Made by a program: the position numbers and the translations under genes. The notes below the pieces were generated by a model that searched no databases, had not been told where the DNA came from, and saw nothing but the letters and a program-made list of their open reading frames with translations. Positions 23,829 through 35,785 of a DNA stretch of 64,000 nt are shown in pieces; positions within the stretch are counted from its first letter, which is position 1; each line of letters starts with the position of its first letter. This DNA is from Plasmodiophora brassicae (taxonomy: Eukaryota), in assembly GCA_036867785.1 (NCBI GenBank), contig CP145417.1, positions 434,001 through 498,000 on the forward strand, in the 5' to 3' direction.

Positions 23829-25185
23829 ACGTGAGACGGTGGAGGCAATCTCGGAGCCAGACGTTTGTCGGTTCGGTTCCCAGAGCTGGCTGCCTACCTG
23901 TAGTCTGAATGTACGTCTATGACCAAACCATTACGGCCAAGTATTGTAATGCGATTCGACGAGGACAACACTTGTGTGCTCCAAGCGAATGCAACGACCG
24001 GCTCGGGGAAGTCGACCGGTTGATCGACATCGTCGGCCTGCTGGCATGGACGACAACGACGCTGTACGCAATGGACAACACCAAAGCGGTATGCCTTGAA
24101 ACAAAGTCCACCGACTCCCGGCGTGCGTTGTAGGCTGCGTTCCAACTTCCAGGCCTGTCCTCGGGTTACGTTCGCCTCTCACTCTTTTTGAAATCAGAAA
24201 TGTGAAACAGCAGCAACTAGAATGAATTCGTCCGAAGCTTGTCATTCCTGACTATCCTGCGTATATGTGACTAATCACCAACGTACTTCTGGAAATCTCT
24301 GGGCATTCGTTCTGGTAGTCACCTCCCTATCGACGACGACGACGTCTGTGGATCCATCTTCCTACGGTGACTGATGGCTGATGTCTGAGGCGTGGTTTGG
24401 ATCACTCAGACGATGGTGTTGCTGCGATCCTGGGTTGGGTTTATTAATGTTTCACGCTTTAGTAGCCCCTTTCCCCAACTCCATTTTAGCGCGCACTGGC
24501 CGTATCGGGACAGGGGTTATGACTTATGGTCATGAGTATCATCATAAAGTGCTGCTATGCGGTACGTATGATACAGTTGAAACCGCTTGCAGTATCGAAT
24601 CTGCCGACTAGAAGTACTCCTCTCAGGTCTGCAGCTTGGTGATTAGACCTCCGGTGAGCAGGTGTTCCAGGCCCTTCTCGTTGAGGACATCCTCGACCAA
24701 CTTACGCTTGGCGTCCGTTTTCAAACAGCGCCGGATCAGCTTGGAATTGGTCGAAGCTGCCACGACTTTGCTTTGGAGCTCGTCATCATCCGACAGACCC
24801 GGTGCCGATGCACGCCGCGTACCCGACCAGGGCGATCATAGACAGGTCCTGTCATCAGCTTACGCCGGAGTTGCCTGTAATATTCAGAGCATCCGCGGTC
24901 AACGTCGAAACTTTCAACTGACATGGCCCGCACCACCTTACTGCCGTCTGTCCAGACCTACCCCAGCTTGCTGACGCACGTTCAAGTGCCGTTCTGACCG
25001 AGCCTAACGTGGCAAGCGTCTTGTAACGAATTCTACAGATACCATGTTGAGTTCCGCCAGAGGTACTTATAGGGTCTGGTATCGAGTAGGGCCACTTGAT
25101 GGTGTTGTCTGTATTGTACCGATACGGGAATAGGATAAGCTGTGGGCAGTCGGTCCTTGATGCGGCGCATATGACGTAGAGGCAA

Positions 25186-26326
25186 TCACATAAGACCACC
25201 TTCCCGTAAGCTCTTCCTGATGATGATGTCCTTGACGGCGTTGAACACGTGTGCAATGTTGTTCGTGTCGGTGGCACAGGTCACGTGCGAATAGATCTCC
25301 TTCTCGGGCGTCTTGTTCTTCCCTCGGAACAGCTCCTCGAGGTACGCTGACGCCGTCTCGAAGTCGTTCGTCCCGGTGAACTCAGGGAAGCACACCGACA
25401 GCGGCACTTTCTGGATTTTGTCGGCGAACAGATCGCGCTTGTTCAAGAACAGGATCATGGACGTCTCGCGGAACCAGCGCGAGTTGCAGATTTCGTCAAA
25501 CAGGTTCAGCGCCTCGACCATTCGGTTCGTCGTTTCGTCTTCGTACAGCACCTGGTCGTACTCGCTCATGGCAGCGACGAAGATCACAGCGGTAACGTTC
25601 TCGAAGCAGTGGATCCACTTCTTACGCTCGTTACGCTGACCACCGACGTCGAACATCTTGAATCTGTTCGACTCGATGACGAATTCGGTTTCGACAATAC
25701 CCGTCGTTCGGACACGTGATCGCAGAACGTCCTGCTCGTCGGGAATGTATCCGGGCTCAGAAATCACCTTGATTCGGTCAAAGAAGTAGGCGGCAGAGTC
25801 GGGCAGCTGGAATTTCGACCGATTATCGTAGGCGTTCAGGATACCCTTATCCTGCCACAGCGTCTGAACGTGTTTCGCGACCGCGGCGTCAATCTCCACT
25901 TCGGTCTTGCACTGATCGATGAAGTTCTTCGATTCAACGGCCTCCGGGCGCACGCGCGTATCCAACGCCGGGTCCAGCTCATCGGAGTACTTGACCAGGA
26001 TCTTCATCGCCGAGATCGTGTTGTTGAACACGATGTGCGTATAGCTCTTTCGGTCTTCCTCGCTGTACCCTTTACCGTACAGCGTAATCATCTGTTTGAA
26101 CCTGCGACCTAGTCAGCGATGCGGGGCGGGGGGCACATGAGCGCGATCCCTTTACTGACAGCGTGGATTTGCCCGATTCACCGGCACCGAGAAGCAGAAG
26201 CTTCTTAATGGCCTGGTCGGCCTGCTGCTCCTCGATGTGGGCTTCCTCGATCTTCTTCGAGGCGGCCTTCTCGGCGCTCTCCTTGGCGCGAGTCTCCGAC
26301 GACTGTCCCGACATGCAGGCACCCAT
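25186..26326 (-). CDS. Heterotrimeric G-protein alpha subunit
   Basis: MGACMS lipidation start, GAGESGKST, RVRTTG, DVGGQR, NKRD, TCAT; one intron 26102-26159. Confidence 0.98.
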
Positions 26327-26786
26327 GGTGGCTGGCGGTGGTGTCCGGTCAACCCCCGACCAAACGTCGTCCTAGCGCCTAGCGCCTCGCCCAGTGATCG
26401 ACTGGGCCCGCCCCGCACAGCGTCAGCCACCCGCACGTGAGCGATCGCGAACCAGAAACGACGCAGCGCCGCCCGTCACAGGGCCCAGCGAGCTACCCGG
26501 CGTCGAGGTGGCAGCCCCCGTCACCGACACCGCCTGCGCGTCGACGCCAACGACGACAGACACAAAACCGTGGCCCGCGATGTAACCAACCCCCAGTGGA
26601 CTGTGGAGCGGTAACCCGGGTACCCGGGCCCACCCACAACTCCCACAGGCCCCGCCACTGCGCAATAAAATTGTGCGACACGCCAACGCGAACGCGTCAC
26701 GACTGGAAGTGAATGACGCCAACGATTGCATAGTAATTCAACTGTTGCCGACTGTGCCCATTGTTGTACATTGTCGGTGATGGCAG

Positions 26787-28063
26787 CTACGGCGACGCGG
26801 ATGCGCTGCGTTGAACGTGGACGTTGTTGACGGAGCCGTCCATGCCGGAGAGGAACGTGAAGTTGGACAGGGGCGGGTCCTTGTGCGTGATGGTCTTGAG
26901 GATTTCCTGGCCGAGGACGCCGCCGATGATGGCGGAGCTGGGCGCGGATTCGAGGCCCCAGTTGCCCGCCACGTTGCGAAGCACCTGGTATAAGCATTTA
27001 GGTCGCGTGCACCCATCGAAACAGAACGGCGGACACCGTTTGGTCGAAGGTTCTCGAATCCAGCCGCTCGTTCTCGATGAGCGTACTGCGCATCTCCATC
27101 AGCGTGTCCATGTCGGTAGACGCAGGCCAGCGCGATTGTTCTCTCTCAAACTCGTAGACTGACGTTCCCTTCAGCATCGTATTTGAGACCACGCGTAGCC
27201 GAACTCACTTAGTCGGATGGAAAGGAATTGCGCAGCCGTAGACTTCATTCGACGCCCAGCTGCCTTCAGAACGTCGCTAGCCGGGCACGAGAACACTTCC
27301 GCAAGTGCCGGAAACGTGGCTTCATCGTTGACGTGAACGTCGTCGGCACCGTCTTCTCCTTTCGTAACCCTGCACACTTGTAAGCATGCGGCATGGCGTT
27401 TCGTACAGACACGCGCGATACCGAACGAATTTGTGCTGGTGCAAGTTCTGAGCGAACCACGCGTCAAAATTGTTCGGTTCAGTGACGAACACGGCCGGTG
27501 CATTCGACGACGATCGAGCAATGTTTTCGACAGCAGATATGGTACTCAAACCATACCCGGAGAGCGAGATGACATCGAACTGGTCGAAGAACTCGGGGGC
27601 GCATGCCTCCAAGGCGTCGGTGACAGTGTGGATCTTCACGTTCGGGTTCAACTCTGCCAAACGCGGCGCCATGGTCAAAGCTCTCTGTTGTTATCCGTTA
27701 TTTACAGCTGGGAACAGGCGAACCTGTGCACCGTTTACAAATTTGCCACAGTCATCCGTGTTGCACAGGAAGTACGCGGACACATCGTCGTCCTCGGTGA
27801 CAACTCTATGGTCCAGAATAGTCAAGGCTCCGACACCGGCCAGGACAATATTCTTGCAGACTTCGCCATGGATCGAGTTCAACCCGCAGACGAGCACATG
27901 ACTACGCCGCATCCTGCAAATGCCCGTCAGCAACCACAGCGCATGGCCACACGGCACCGGACCTGTTCTGGGCGTCCATGCCCCAGACGCGGATCTGCCT
28001 GTCGTACAGGCGCGCCTCCTCATCGGTGATTAGGTTGCCATTGGCCGCCTCGTCCACAGCCAT
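26787..28063 (-). CDS. SAE1: SUMO-activating enzyme subunit 1 (Aos1), multi-exon
   Basis: EEARLYDRQIRVWG, EVCKNIVLAGVG, LAELNPNV, AIIGGVLGQEILK..PLSNF. Confidence 0.93.
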
Positions 28064-28115
28064 CGTGCTGAACGAGTGAGAGCTGCACGTCGGCCGCGGA
28101 GTGCGCGCCTTCAAA

Positions 28116-28557
28116 ATGTCCTTCGCCGACGTTGACGATGTCGTGCCGGATGTCGCGCCGACCCGACGGACGCTGTACGTCGGTGGCTTGTCGATCGACG
28201 TGACCGAGGAGATTGTGCGGTCCGCGTTCCAGATATTCGGCGAGCTGGTCGACGTGACGATCCCGCCGCCCGTTGGCGGAATCGTGGAGAAGACGCGGCG
28301 GTTCGCGTTCGTCGAGTTCGAGGACCCCGAGGACGCCCTGTGTGCAAAGGACAACATGAACGATTCCGACCTATACGGCCGGATTATCAATGTTAAATAT
28401 GCATCCGATGAGCGACGAAGACAAGAAGAGAAGCCACGTCCAGGTTCGATCATGTCGTTCGCAATTGATCTCATCAGCACTCTGACGCGTTTCCTCAGTG
28501 TGGGCGCAAACCCCCTGCGATAGCAACCATGATGAACGAATGGACGATGCACAATGA
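28116..28557 (+). CDS. Single-RRM protein similar to the RRM of cyclophilin E (Cyp33)
   Basis: RNP2 LYVGGL, RNP1 RFAFVEF, AKDNMNDSDLYGRII; intron 28444-28498 gives RPVWA. Confidence 0.85.
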
Positions 28558-28598
28558 GAACACGCCGTCATTATTTTCTATACACGCGGGATATCTCA

Positions 28599-29759
28599 AT
28601 GGTGTCGATCGGAAGATATTCTGCGAAAGATCTATTCGGGACGTTCGTGGAAATGTTCCAGCGCCCATCAACGTCGTCAACCCCCGAGCCTCCGAAGGAT
28701 GCGCCCCCCAACAAGTCTCTTCAGATGGCCCTGTCTCAAATCGCGCAACGCCTGGACGCCTTGCTCGACGACGACAAAGTACAAGCCAGTGGGCGCGATG
28801 CCTGCCTGCTTCTGAAGGACACGCTCGGCGCCTTTCTTCATAGTGAAACTCGCAAGTCGCTGTCGCCATCGCCGTCTGCTGCCGGACCACAGCCTATCCG
28901 TAAGCTGGCCCTGCCTGCCGATGAGCCTTCATCTACGATGCCACGAAAGTCGCCGTCCCATGAAGCGGTGCCGGAGACGCCTCGTCGATCGCCAGCGCAC
29001 GTGGAGTACAACAACGACGGCGCCTTGGAAAATGCCCCAAAGGTCGACGTCGAACGCGCTGACAACAAGCGTGAGGGCGGCGTTCGGAGGACGGTGATGG
29101 ACTCTCTAGCCACGACGACGGACGCGGTCGATCGCACCTTGTCGCTGCTGAAGGACGACGACCTGGCGGAATGGTCGAGTCAGGGCCCGGTAGGTCGTGG
29201 CATGACCAGGGCCGGGTTCAAGATGCTGCTCGTGAACGAGGCCCTACACGACGGATTCGAGGTGTCCAACGACTTCCATTTGAAAGGGCAGCACATCGAC
29301 CTGGTCCTCCGCAAGACAATCAATGGGACACGTGTCCACGTCATCGTCATGGTGAAGTACATTCGTGCAGCGTTTATCAAGAGCGTCGACGGGCATTCGC
29401 TGGAAATGGACCCTAACAAACCGGTTGCATTCGCCAACCGCTACGATGCGCTCAACGACGTCGTCGGCCGCCTGAACAAGCTGGACGCGGCGAACCTGCC
29501 AGCGGTCACATACGTCGCGTCGGGCGCCAAGCCGTTCGAGACGGTCGAATGGCTGATCCAGGACACCGCCGAGCACGAGCTCATCCCGTATATGGAGGAG
29601 ATGATCGACGATCTCGACGGGCACCTGTTTGGCGTCGTCATCGTCGGTGCGGCCAGCCGTGTCGTCAAAGGGCCCATATACAGATGGCGCCCGGACCGCA
29701 ACCGATTCGCCTACCAGCGCTTCGACAGCAAGCACCCACGGGGCACTGCCGCAGATTAG
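28599..29759 (+). CDS. Hypothetical protein with C-terminal PD-(D/E)XK nuclease-like fold
   Basis: Intronless ORF of about 386 aa with host-like codon use; HIDLVLR...VIVMVKY resembles the D...ExK core, with E replaced by M. Confidence 0.6.
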   Translation: MVSIGRYSAKDLFGTFVEMFQRPSTSSTPEPPKDAPPNKSLQMALSQIAQRLDALLDDDKVQASGRDACLLLKDTLGAFLHSETRKSLSPSPSAAGPQPIRKLALPADEPSSTMPRKSPSHEAVPETPRRSPAHVEYNNDGALENAPKVDVERADNKREGGVRRTVMDSLATTTDAVDRTLSLLKDDDLAEWSSQGPVGRGMTRAGFKMLLVNEALHDGFEVSNDFHLKGQHIDLVLRKTINGTRVHVIVMVKYIRAAFIKSVDGHSLEMDPNKPVAFANRYDALNDVVGRLNKLDAANLPAVTYVASGAKPFETVEWLIQDTAEHELIPYMEEMIDDLDGHLFGVVIVGAASRVVKGPIYRWRPDRNRFAYQRFDSKHPRGTAAD

Positions 29760-30188
29760 CAGGGCGCCGACCCTGTGCGCCTCGTGCCGTTCGTGAATAC
29801 AGCAACCAGAGCGTGCGCTGTCCCGCAGACAACAGGGCCCGCCCAACGCTTCTCGTGTTCCCGTCCGGCGAACGCTGTCCGGGCAGCTGCTGCGTACCGC
29901 GAGCTGCAAATCAGCATGCCGCGACGATCTGTACAGTGTGGCAGGGAATGGCCGCCGTTGCGCAATTACGCACGAAGTAGTGGGCGTCGTGACTCGTGAC
30001 GTTCGGCGGCATTCTCGCCACAGTAGCCACAGGGGTGGTGGGCAGACTCCGTGGCGCGCGGAATGAAGGAGGAGGGGCAGCATCGGGCGACGTCGCCGAC
30101 ATCGTTCCCGGCGCTGTCCCGAGCGCAGACGGGCGTGCCGCAGGCGACGCCCGATCGTCCGGATTCGCGTCGGGCGGCCAGTGCGCCG

Positions 30189-30922
30189 ATGGGGTCGTCC
30201 GGCCCGTTCGACAATCTCGAGCGGCACTGCGGCAAGCCCGTCGAGATCACGCGATCGAACCCAGCCAGGTCGAAGATCACGGGAAGGGTCCTGTTTGCGG
30301 ACACGACCAATGGTACAATGGCGTTTCGGGCATGCTCTGCGGTCAGCTGACGCCGCCCAGGCATGATTGGGGTCGTCGAGGACGAGACTCTCCAGCTCCA
30401 CATCTACCATGTACATTCCCTTCTGCAGATCGACGTCATTGACGATAACCCGACAGACTGGACGCCTAGTGAATGCGCCGGTACGATCTCGGTCGATTCG
30501 GGTCTGGAGTGCCCAGATCTGACAACGCTCGAGCAGGTCTCGGTCTGGTGTCCGACCCGGCTGCCCTGAAATCTCGCCAGGTATCGGCGCTGGCCGCAAG
30601 GCAAGACGAAGCCTTGAAGAATGGCCCGCCAGGCACCTCCGCCGCTGTCCAGGCCCTGTTCGACACAATATCAAAGACAATGTCGTGCCGTTGGAAGGGA
30701 AACACGATCGTTGTCCACGACGTTTCGATTGAGAAGCCTTACCGGCAAGGCAACTGCAAAGGAGCCAACCAAACGTCATTGCTGCGCGTCCAGAAGATCG
30801 TTCGTGCCGTGCTGCGAGTCGCCTCCGAGTCCTGACTCTGAGCTCTGTAGGTGGGCGCATATTGGCAGAAGGCCGATTTCGACGCCGATGGTCCCGGCGA
30901 CGCCATGGATACCAGTCAATGA
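30189..30922 (+). CDS. LSM12: LSM12-like protein (Lsm domain + anticodon-binding domain), multi-exon
   Basis: ITGRVLFAD Lsm-like strand; QALFDTISKTMSCRWKGNTIVV..V.I.KPY...C..SLLRVQKI. Confidence 0.82.
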
Positions 30923-31020
30923 AGGTCGACGTTCATTATTCCACAAGCGGTGTCTTTACGAGGTGTCTTCAGGTGCTGTTGACGCCCCACTGTTTTAGAC
31001 AGCGCGGTAGTGGTATCATT

Positions 31021-33321
31021 TTAGGCTGGCTGGGCCGGCGCCTTGTGGTTCACTGCGACGAGTCGCCGGAACTCGGATAGGTCATCGGCGATTGCGAAGT
31101 TGTTTGATCTGAGCTTACTGATGAAGAAGGTTGCCGGCAGCTTATAGAATAGGTTGTCTCGTAGCCAGACGAGGATCGGGTTGGATACTTGGCCGATGAT
31201 GCTCTGCATGTGGGACGACCTTGCCACGCCTTTGACGAACGCCATCCGTCTCTGCTCATACTGGTAGCGCGCTTCAATGTCTCCGTCGGCGTGCGACTCG
31301 TACTTGCCGATCCCGGTAGCCAGAATGAACGCATCCTCAATGGCCAGGCACGCTCCTTGGCCCATGTTAGGTGTTATCGGGTGCGCCGCGTCACCAACCA
31401 GGACAGAATGCAGTGACGACCATCGCGTTCCCGGATCGCGGTCGGTGATGCGGTGCGAGTACCGTTGCGAACCAGGTGTCTTATCGTACAGAACGCGTAA
31501 ATCGGCAGGCCAGCTCGCAGTGTGGGCGTCAGTGCCTTCATGGGCTACTTGCTTTACCCACCAGTATGCTGACGAAAGCGAGCTGCCGTCGTCGATGTAC
31601 CCGACACTGGATCGAAGGCCGGCGCCGTACAAGATCACCATTGTGCTCGGTGGTATTCCAGCCAGCAAGTTCTCAAACGCGTCTCGAAGCCCCGACGATG
31701 AATTCAAGTCCACGACGCCCCGATAGCACATTTCGCCGACGTACTTGGCGGGCGTAACCGAGTCGATAGTCGCACGCCGGACAGCGGAGCCGGTCCCGTC
31801 AGCACCAATTAGCAGACGAGAGTCAACGACGTCGTCATCTCCCGTCTTCAAATGCCGGATCTGGACGCGACCGTCGGGAAGAATGCCGACAAACTCCACG
31901 TTGTACTGGACGAGGTCTGACGGCAGCAGCGCCCGCAAGGCGTGGAGTAACGGCCGACGAGACACAAGCCGGAAACGCTCGCCTGTGCCTCGAACAACGG
32001 CGCTCATGTCGACTCGATTCAGCGTACTCGCATCTGACATCCGCCTCATGACGACCTTGTCGACGACGTGCGTGTGCGTGGTCCAGAATGAAGACGCGAC
32101 GCCCAGCGTTCTCAAAATATGAACAGCCGATGGCCACAAGGCAAGATCGGCGCCATCCTCTGCTTGGGACGCTGGCCGCCTTTCGTAGACGATACACGGT
32201 ATGCCCTGCTTGTGCAGCGTTATTGCTGTAACGAGCCCACCGATTCCCGCCCCTGCAATGACGACACGGCGAGTACGGTCAGGCTTTCGTGGGTCAACGT
32301 CACCGGCCTTCGGGAACGATTTCGCAGAGCGAACGAACTGGATGAAGAGAACCGCAACGATCAGGACATGCAGATCGACGACGCCGCGGTGTAACAGCCG
32401 ACGACACACGGTTTCGAACAGGAATGCCCAGACGGGGAGGGTGCAGTGCACCAGGCTGCGAGCGACAACGCTGTCGAACCGATACGGTCGGTGCCAAAGC
32501 ATCCGGCTGATCTCGATCGCCAATGGAGCGGAGAGCACGGCGAGCGCAAAGGACGCCGTTGTCGGAGCCAATGCGGCCATGCTCAGGTAGGCAAGCACCA
32601 GTGACGTCGAGTGTGCCACAGATGAGGCACGATCGCCGACAAGAACAGGAATGGTGACCTTGCCCGCAAGCCAGTCCGGTCGTCGATCGTTCAGGTTCAG
32701 GACGACAAACAGCGCGAACTTGATGAAGAACGACGGGACGATCAGGAACAGCAGCCGTCCCGCGATGCTGCTGAGATCTGATGTTTGCGTCCAAGCAGCA
32801 AACACGGGCAGCAGAACGTTCTGGACCAGGGCTGCGGTGACCTCGCCCAGCGCTCTGTGATTCAACATCAGCGGCGGCGACGAGTACTGGTGCGCAAGGG
32901 CGAGCATTGCTATTGCGAGTGGAGCGACTCGCGGTGGAAGGACGCACGCGATCAGCGCCGCACTGTAGATGGCGAAACCGGCGGCAATGTACAGGGATAT
33001 GATCGGGTCGACTTTGGAGGAAGGCGATGGGTCGGAAAGGACACGCGATCCTCCTGTCAACCTCGTCCCGTGCCGGTTGAGTCGATCCGACGACAGGTCG
33101 TAGAATTCGCCCGTGTAATGGGCGACCATCTGGCAGGAGAACACGAACATGTAGGCGAACAGGAGCATCTTCACGTCGACGGCGCCGGCATCGCCCACGC
33201 CAATGGCCACGCCGCACAGGTACGTCACGGCGCTGAACATGGTCATGTGCACCCGCCCTAGTCGAACCACGGACCAGAACCGGGCCGACGCTGACGGCAC
33301 GGGTCCCACGCCCACACCCAT
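31021..33321 (-). CDS. Fusion of UbiA/MenA-like prenyltransferase and FAD-dependent aromatic monooxygenase
   Basis: Single intronless ORF; multi-TM N-half with EFYD..SD, TGGSRVL, YSSPPL, LGE and NLND..PD..AGK.T; C-half with GAGIGGL, LIGADG and GDAAHPITPNMGQGACLAIEDA. Confidence 0.9.
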   Translation of the reverse strand: MGVGVGPVPSASARFWSVVRLGRVHMTMFSAVTYLCGVAIGVGDAGAVDVKMLLFAYMFVFSCQMVAHYTGEFYDLSSDRLNRHGTRLTGGSRVLSDPSPSSKVDPIISLYIAAGFAIYSAALIACVLPPRVAPLAIAMLALAHQYSSPPLMLNHRALGEVTAALVQNVLLPVFAAWTQTSDLSSIAGRLLFLIVPSFFIKFALFVVLNLNDRRPDWLAGKVTIPVLVGDRASSVAHSTSLVLAYLSMAALAPTTASFALAVLSAPLAIEISRMLWHRPYRFDSVVARSLVHCTLPVWAFLFETVCRRLLHRGVVDLHVLIVAVLFIQFVRSAKSFPKAGDVDPRKPDRTRRVVIAGAGIGGLVTAITLHKQGIPCIVYERRPASQAEDGADLALWPSAVHILRTLGVASSFWTTHTHVVDKVVMRRMSDASTLNRVDMSAVVRGTGERFRLVSRRPLLHALRALLPSDLVQYNVEFVGILPDGRVQIRHLKTGDDDVVDSRLLIGADGTGSAVRRATIDSVTPAKYVGEMCYRGVVDLNSSSGLRDAFENLLAGIPPSTMVILYGAGLRSSVGYIDDGSSLSSAYWWVKQVAHEGTDAHTASWPADLRVLYDKTPGSQRYSHRITDRDPGTRWSSLHSVLVGDAAHPITPNMGQGACLAIEDAFILATGIGKYESHADGDIEARYQYEQRRMAFVKGVARSSHMQSIIGQVSNPILVWLRDNLFYKLPATFFISKLRSNNFAIADDLSEFRRLVAVNHKAPAQPA

Positions 33322-33791
33322 CGCGGCGACAACCGCCAAATTGTCCCGCCCCACTCCGACGGTAGTGACGTCCAGACCTGAACGCCAAGTACGTCGGACG
33401 CGTCGATTCGATCGCAGTCGGGGACCGATTTTCGTCGCGGACCCCAGACTCGTTTTGGCGAAGGCCCGAACGAATCGCCAACAACGGCGTAGCGACGACG
33501 ACCCCGATACGGTTGGCTAGTACCACCCAGCGATGCGCGACGACGACGACGAACCTGGGCAGCATCACTGTCGCCGATGCAGGTCGATCGAACGATACGA
33601 TGACACCCTACGATTTATTAGTACCGGGCAGTAGAGGGGTTGCACGAGCCCCAGTTTATCCCGGTGCGTCCCTCGAATCGCATTGCCCATTGCAAAACTG
33701 TCAACGTCGGCCACACTAAGCTACGGTTCGAGTATGAAAGGTCGGGGATGGGGAACAAGGCGGGGTGGTGCATTCGTCATTCTATGGACAG

Positions 33792-35406
33792 TTAAGCGGC
33801 AGATGGACTGGGTGCCCGCTGAAGCTCTGTGAGGATAACGGCGTACACGGCGGTGGCATCGACGACCTTCGGCAGGCCAGCGAGGGAGTCCAAATCTGAC
33901 ACGATGAGAACAGGACGGACGGCGTCATCGATCCGGCCATGGGATCCAGCGATACGTCGGCAGGAGTCGTCGCCGACTGGGGTGGCGTTGATGAGGACGC
34001 GCAACCGGAAGACTTGCGAGAGGATCGCTTTCACGACCAGGTGGGCGTACCCGATCCACGAGCCAAACCAGCGCGGGCGCCAGGTCAGCATTTCGCACGG
34101 ATCGTATCCGGGCTTGTCGTGGATGGCGACGGTGCGCGCATAGTCGGGCGCGTCGGCATCGTTGAGCCAGAAGTAGTACGTGAACCACGCGTTACCCTCG
34201 GCCACGCAAACGAGTTCGCCAGCACGATGGACACTGAGTGCTGCGGCCGCCCACGTCGGCACGTCATCCCGATCGAACACGAACGCGATCCCCTTTGTGG
34301 ACTTCAGCAACCTCTTAACTGGATCCACGTCTTCCGCCTTGGCAACGTGCACAATGGAGACCTGGTGATCGGAATGTGCAAACGCGCGGGACGACCCATA
34401 GTCGAGAGTCAGCCCACCGCGCTCGGTGCGGGTGGCGACGTACCCGGCACGGTTCAGAACGCGATTGATGTGCACTGGATGGTTGACCGGGACGATGCCG
34501 TACTCGGAAAGGATTATGACTCGTGCCCCGTGATCCTCGTAGAACGTGACCAGGTCCCGCAGGACACCATCGATCTCGGCCAGGCTATCCAGTACCGACG
34601 GCGACGATGGGCCATCGCGTTGCAGGACGTAATCGAGGTGCGGTAGGTAGATGAAGCTCAATACGGGATCGAACTCGTCGTCGACCATCTTGGACGCATC
34701 GGCAATCCATTGCGAGCTTGCAATGCCGGCCAATGGCCCCCAGAAACGATGCAACGGGAACCGCCCCAGCCTAGATTGCAGAGAATCGCGCAACGCGGCC
34801 GGCTTCGTCCAGATGTCAGGAAGCTTGCGCCCATCAGACAGGTACTAAACGGGTCGTCAGTCTCGAAACCGTGGAGCAACAACGGGGACGACTCGGAACC
34901 TGTGGGCGCGGCACGACCGCAACGTCGAGTGCATCTGTTCGTGACGTTCATTCAGGCACGTAAAGTCATTGGCAGTGCACGCAGGCATACCATCGTGCAT
35001 GCAATGCCATCCACAATTGCTAAACGTGACCGCCGTCGGGTCGATGGCCTTGACCGTATCGAAGATTCGCTGGCCGCGAACCAGCGCCCGGCTCTGATGC
35101 CAGTTACGAACCTCCTTCAGAACGGGATCGTAGAACCCGTTGGCCGTTATCGAATGCTCCGCAGGGGACGCCCCTGTGAGATACTGCAACAGGCAACCGG
35201 TTAGCGCCAGACACCTCGAGGGTTCGCCTTGGTGCGCCCCGAACCGTAGCCTGGGCGACGCAGGTCACAGCCGGGAACGCTGCCTCGATTTCCCGACAGG
35301 CGCTGCGTGCCTGGAACTCGTGCAGGAACGGCGTCTGGGTCGGCCCGATTAACGACTGGGTTAACCCGACCACATCAATGACGCAAGTCTTCGTCAGAAT
35401 CGGCAT
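33792..35406 (-). CDS. eboF: EboF-like alkaline phosphatase/nucleotide pyrophosphatase superfamily protein, 4 exons, about 480 aa
   Basis: Exons 35406-35245, 35183-34991, 34934-34900 and 34844-33792 join to give VIDVVGLT, PAVTCVAQATYLTG, PRPQYLSDGRKLPDIWTKP, FPLHRFWGP, SSQWIA, YLPHLDY.LQR, LSEYGI, IHDKPGYDPCE and GSHGR. Confidence 0.85.
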
Positions 35407-35785
35407 CGGCGTTCGCAAACGTCGCCCCAAAACGTGGCCAGTTGCCCCGTGGCGACTTGCGCGTTTCAAGTCCGAAGAAGGGCGTAGCCAATGGCTGACC
35501 GTCCGCCCCGACTGCTGCGACGCCTCGGGACGGCGTTCGTGCAGTGCCCGACTGAGGTGGGGATGTCCGCTGCACGTCGTGCACGCGTTCGTGTCTCACG
35601 TGGGAAGTGCGGATGCGTGTGCAGGCGCAGGTGTACGGCGCATGCGTGCTCAAGAACCTCGACCGGTTGGAGAAGGGCGTCTGCGAGGACACGTTTCAGG
35701 CGCTGGCGCGTTGCGTTCGCCAGGCCGTTCAGCAGACGCGGTCGCGACGATGATGGATGTAACGGAATGTATTGGATCGGGGGTG

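Noticed and set aside
24400-24900. Minus-strand LIRRCLKTDAKRKLVEDVL resembling kinase subdomain XI
   Set aside because: No other kinase motifs nearby and many stops; too weak to call
29244-30860. 538-aa minus-strand ORF
   Set aside because: Antisense shadow of two plus-strand genes; Arg-rich, no motifs; expected at high GC
32300-33568. 422-aa alternative-frame ORF
   Set aside because: Overlaps the UbiA-monooxygenase CDS out of frame; R/P-rich composition typical of off-frame reading
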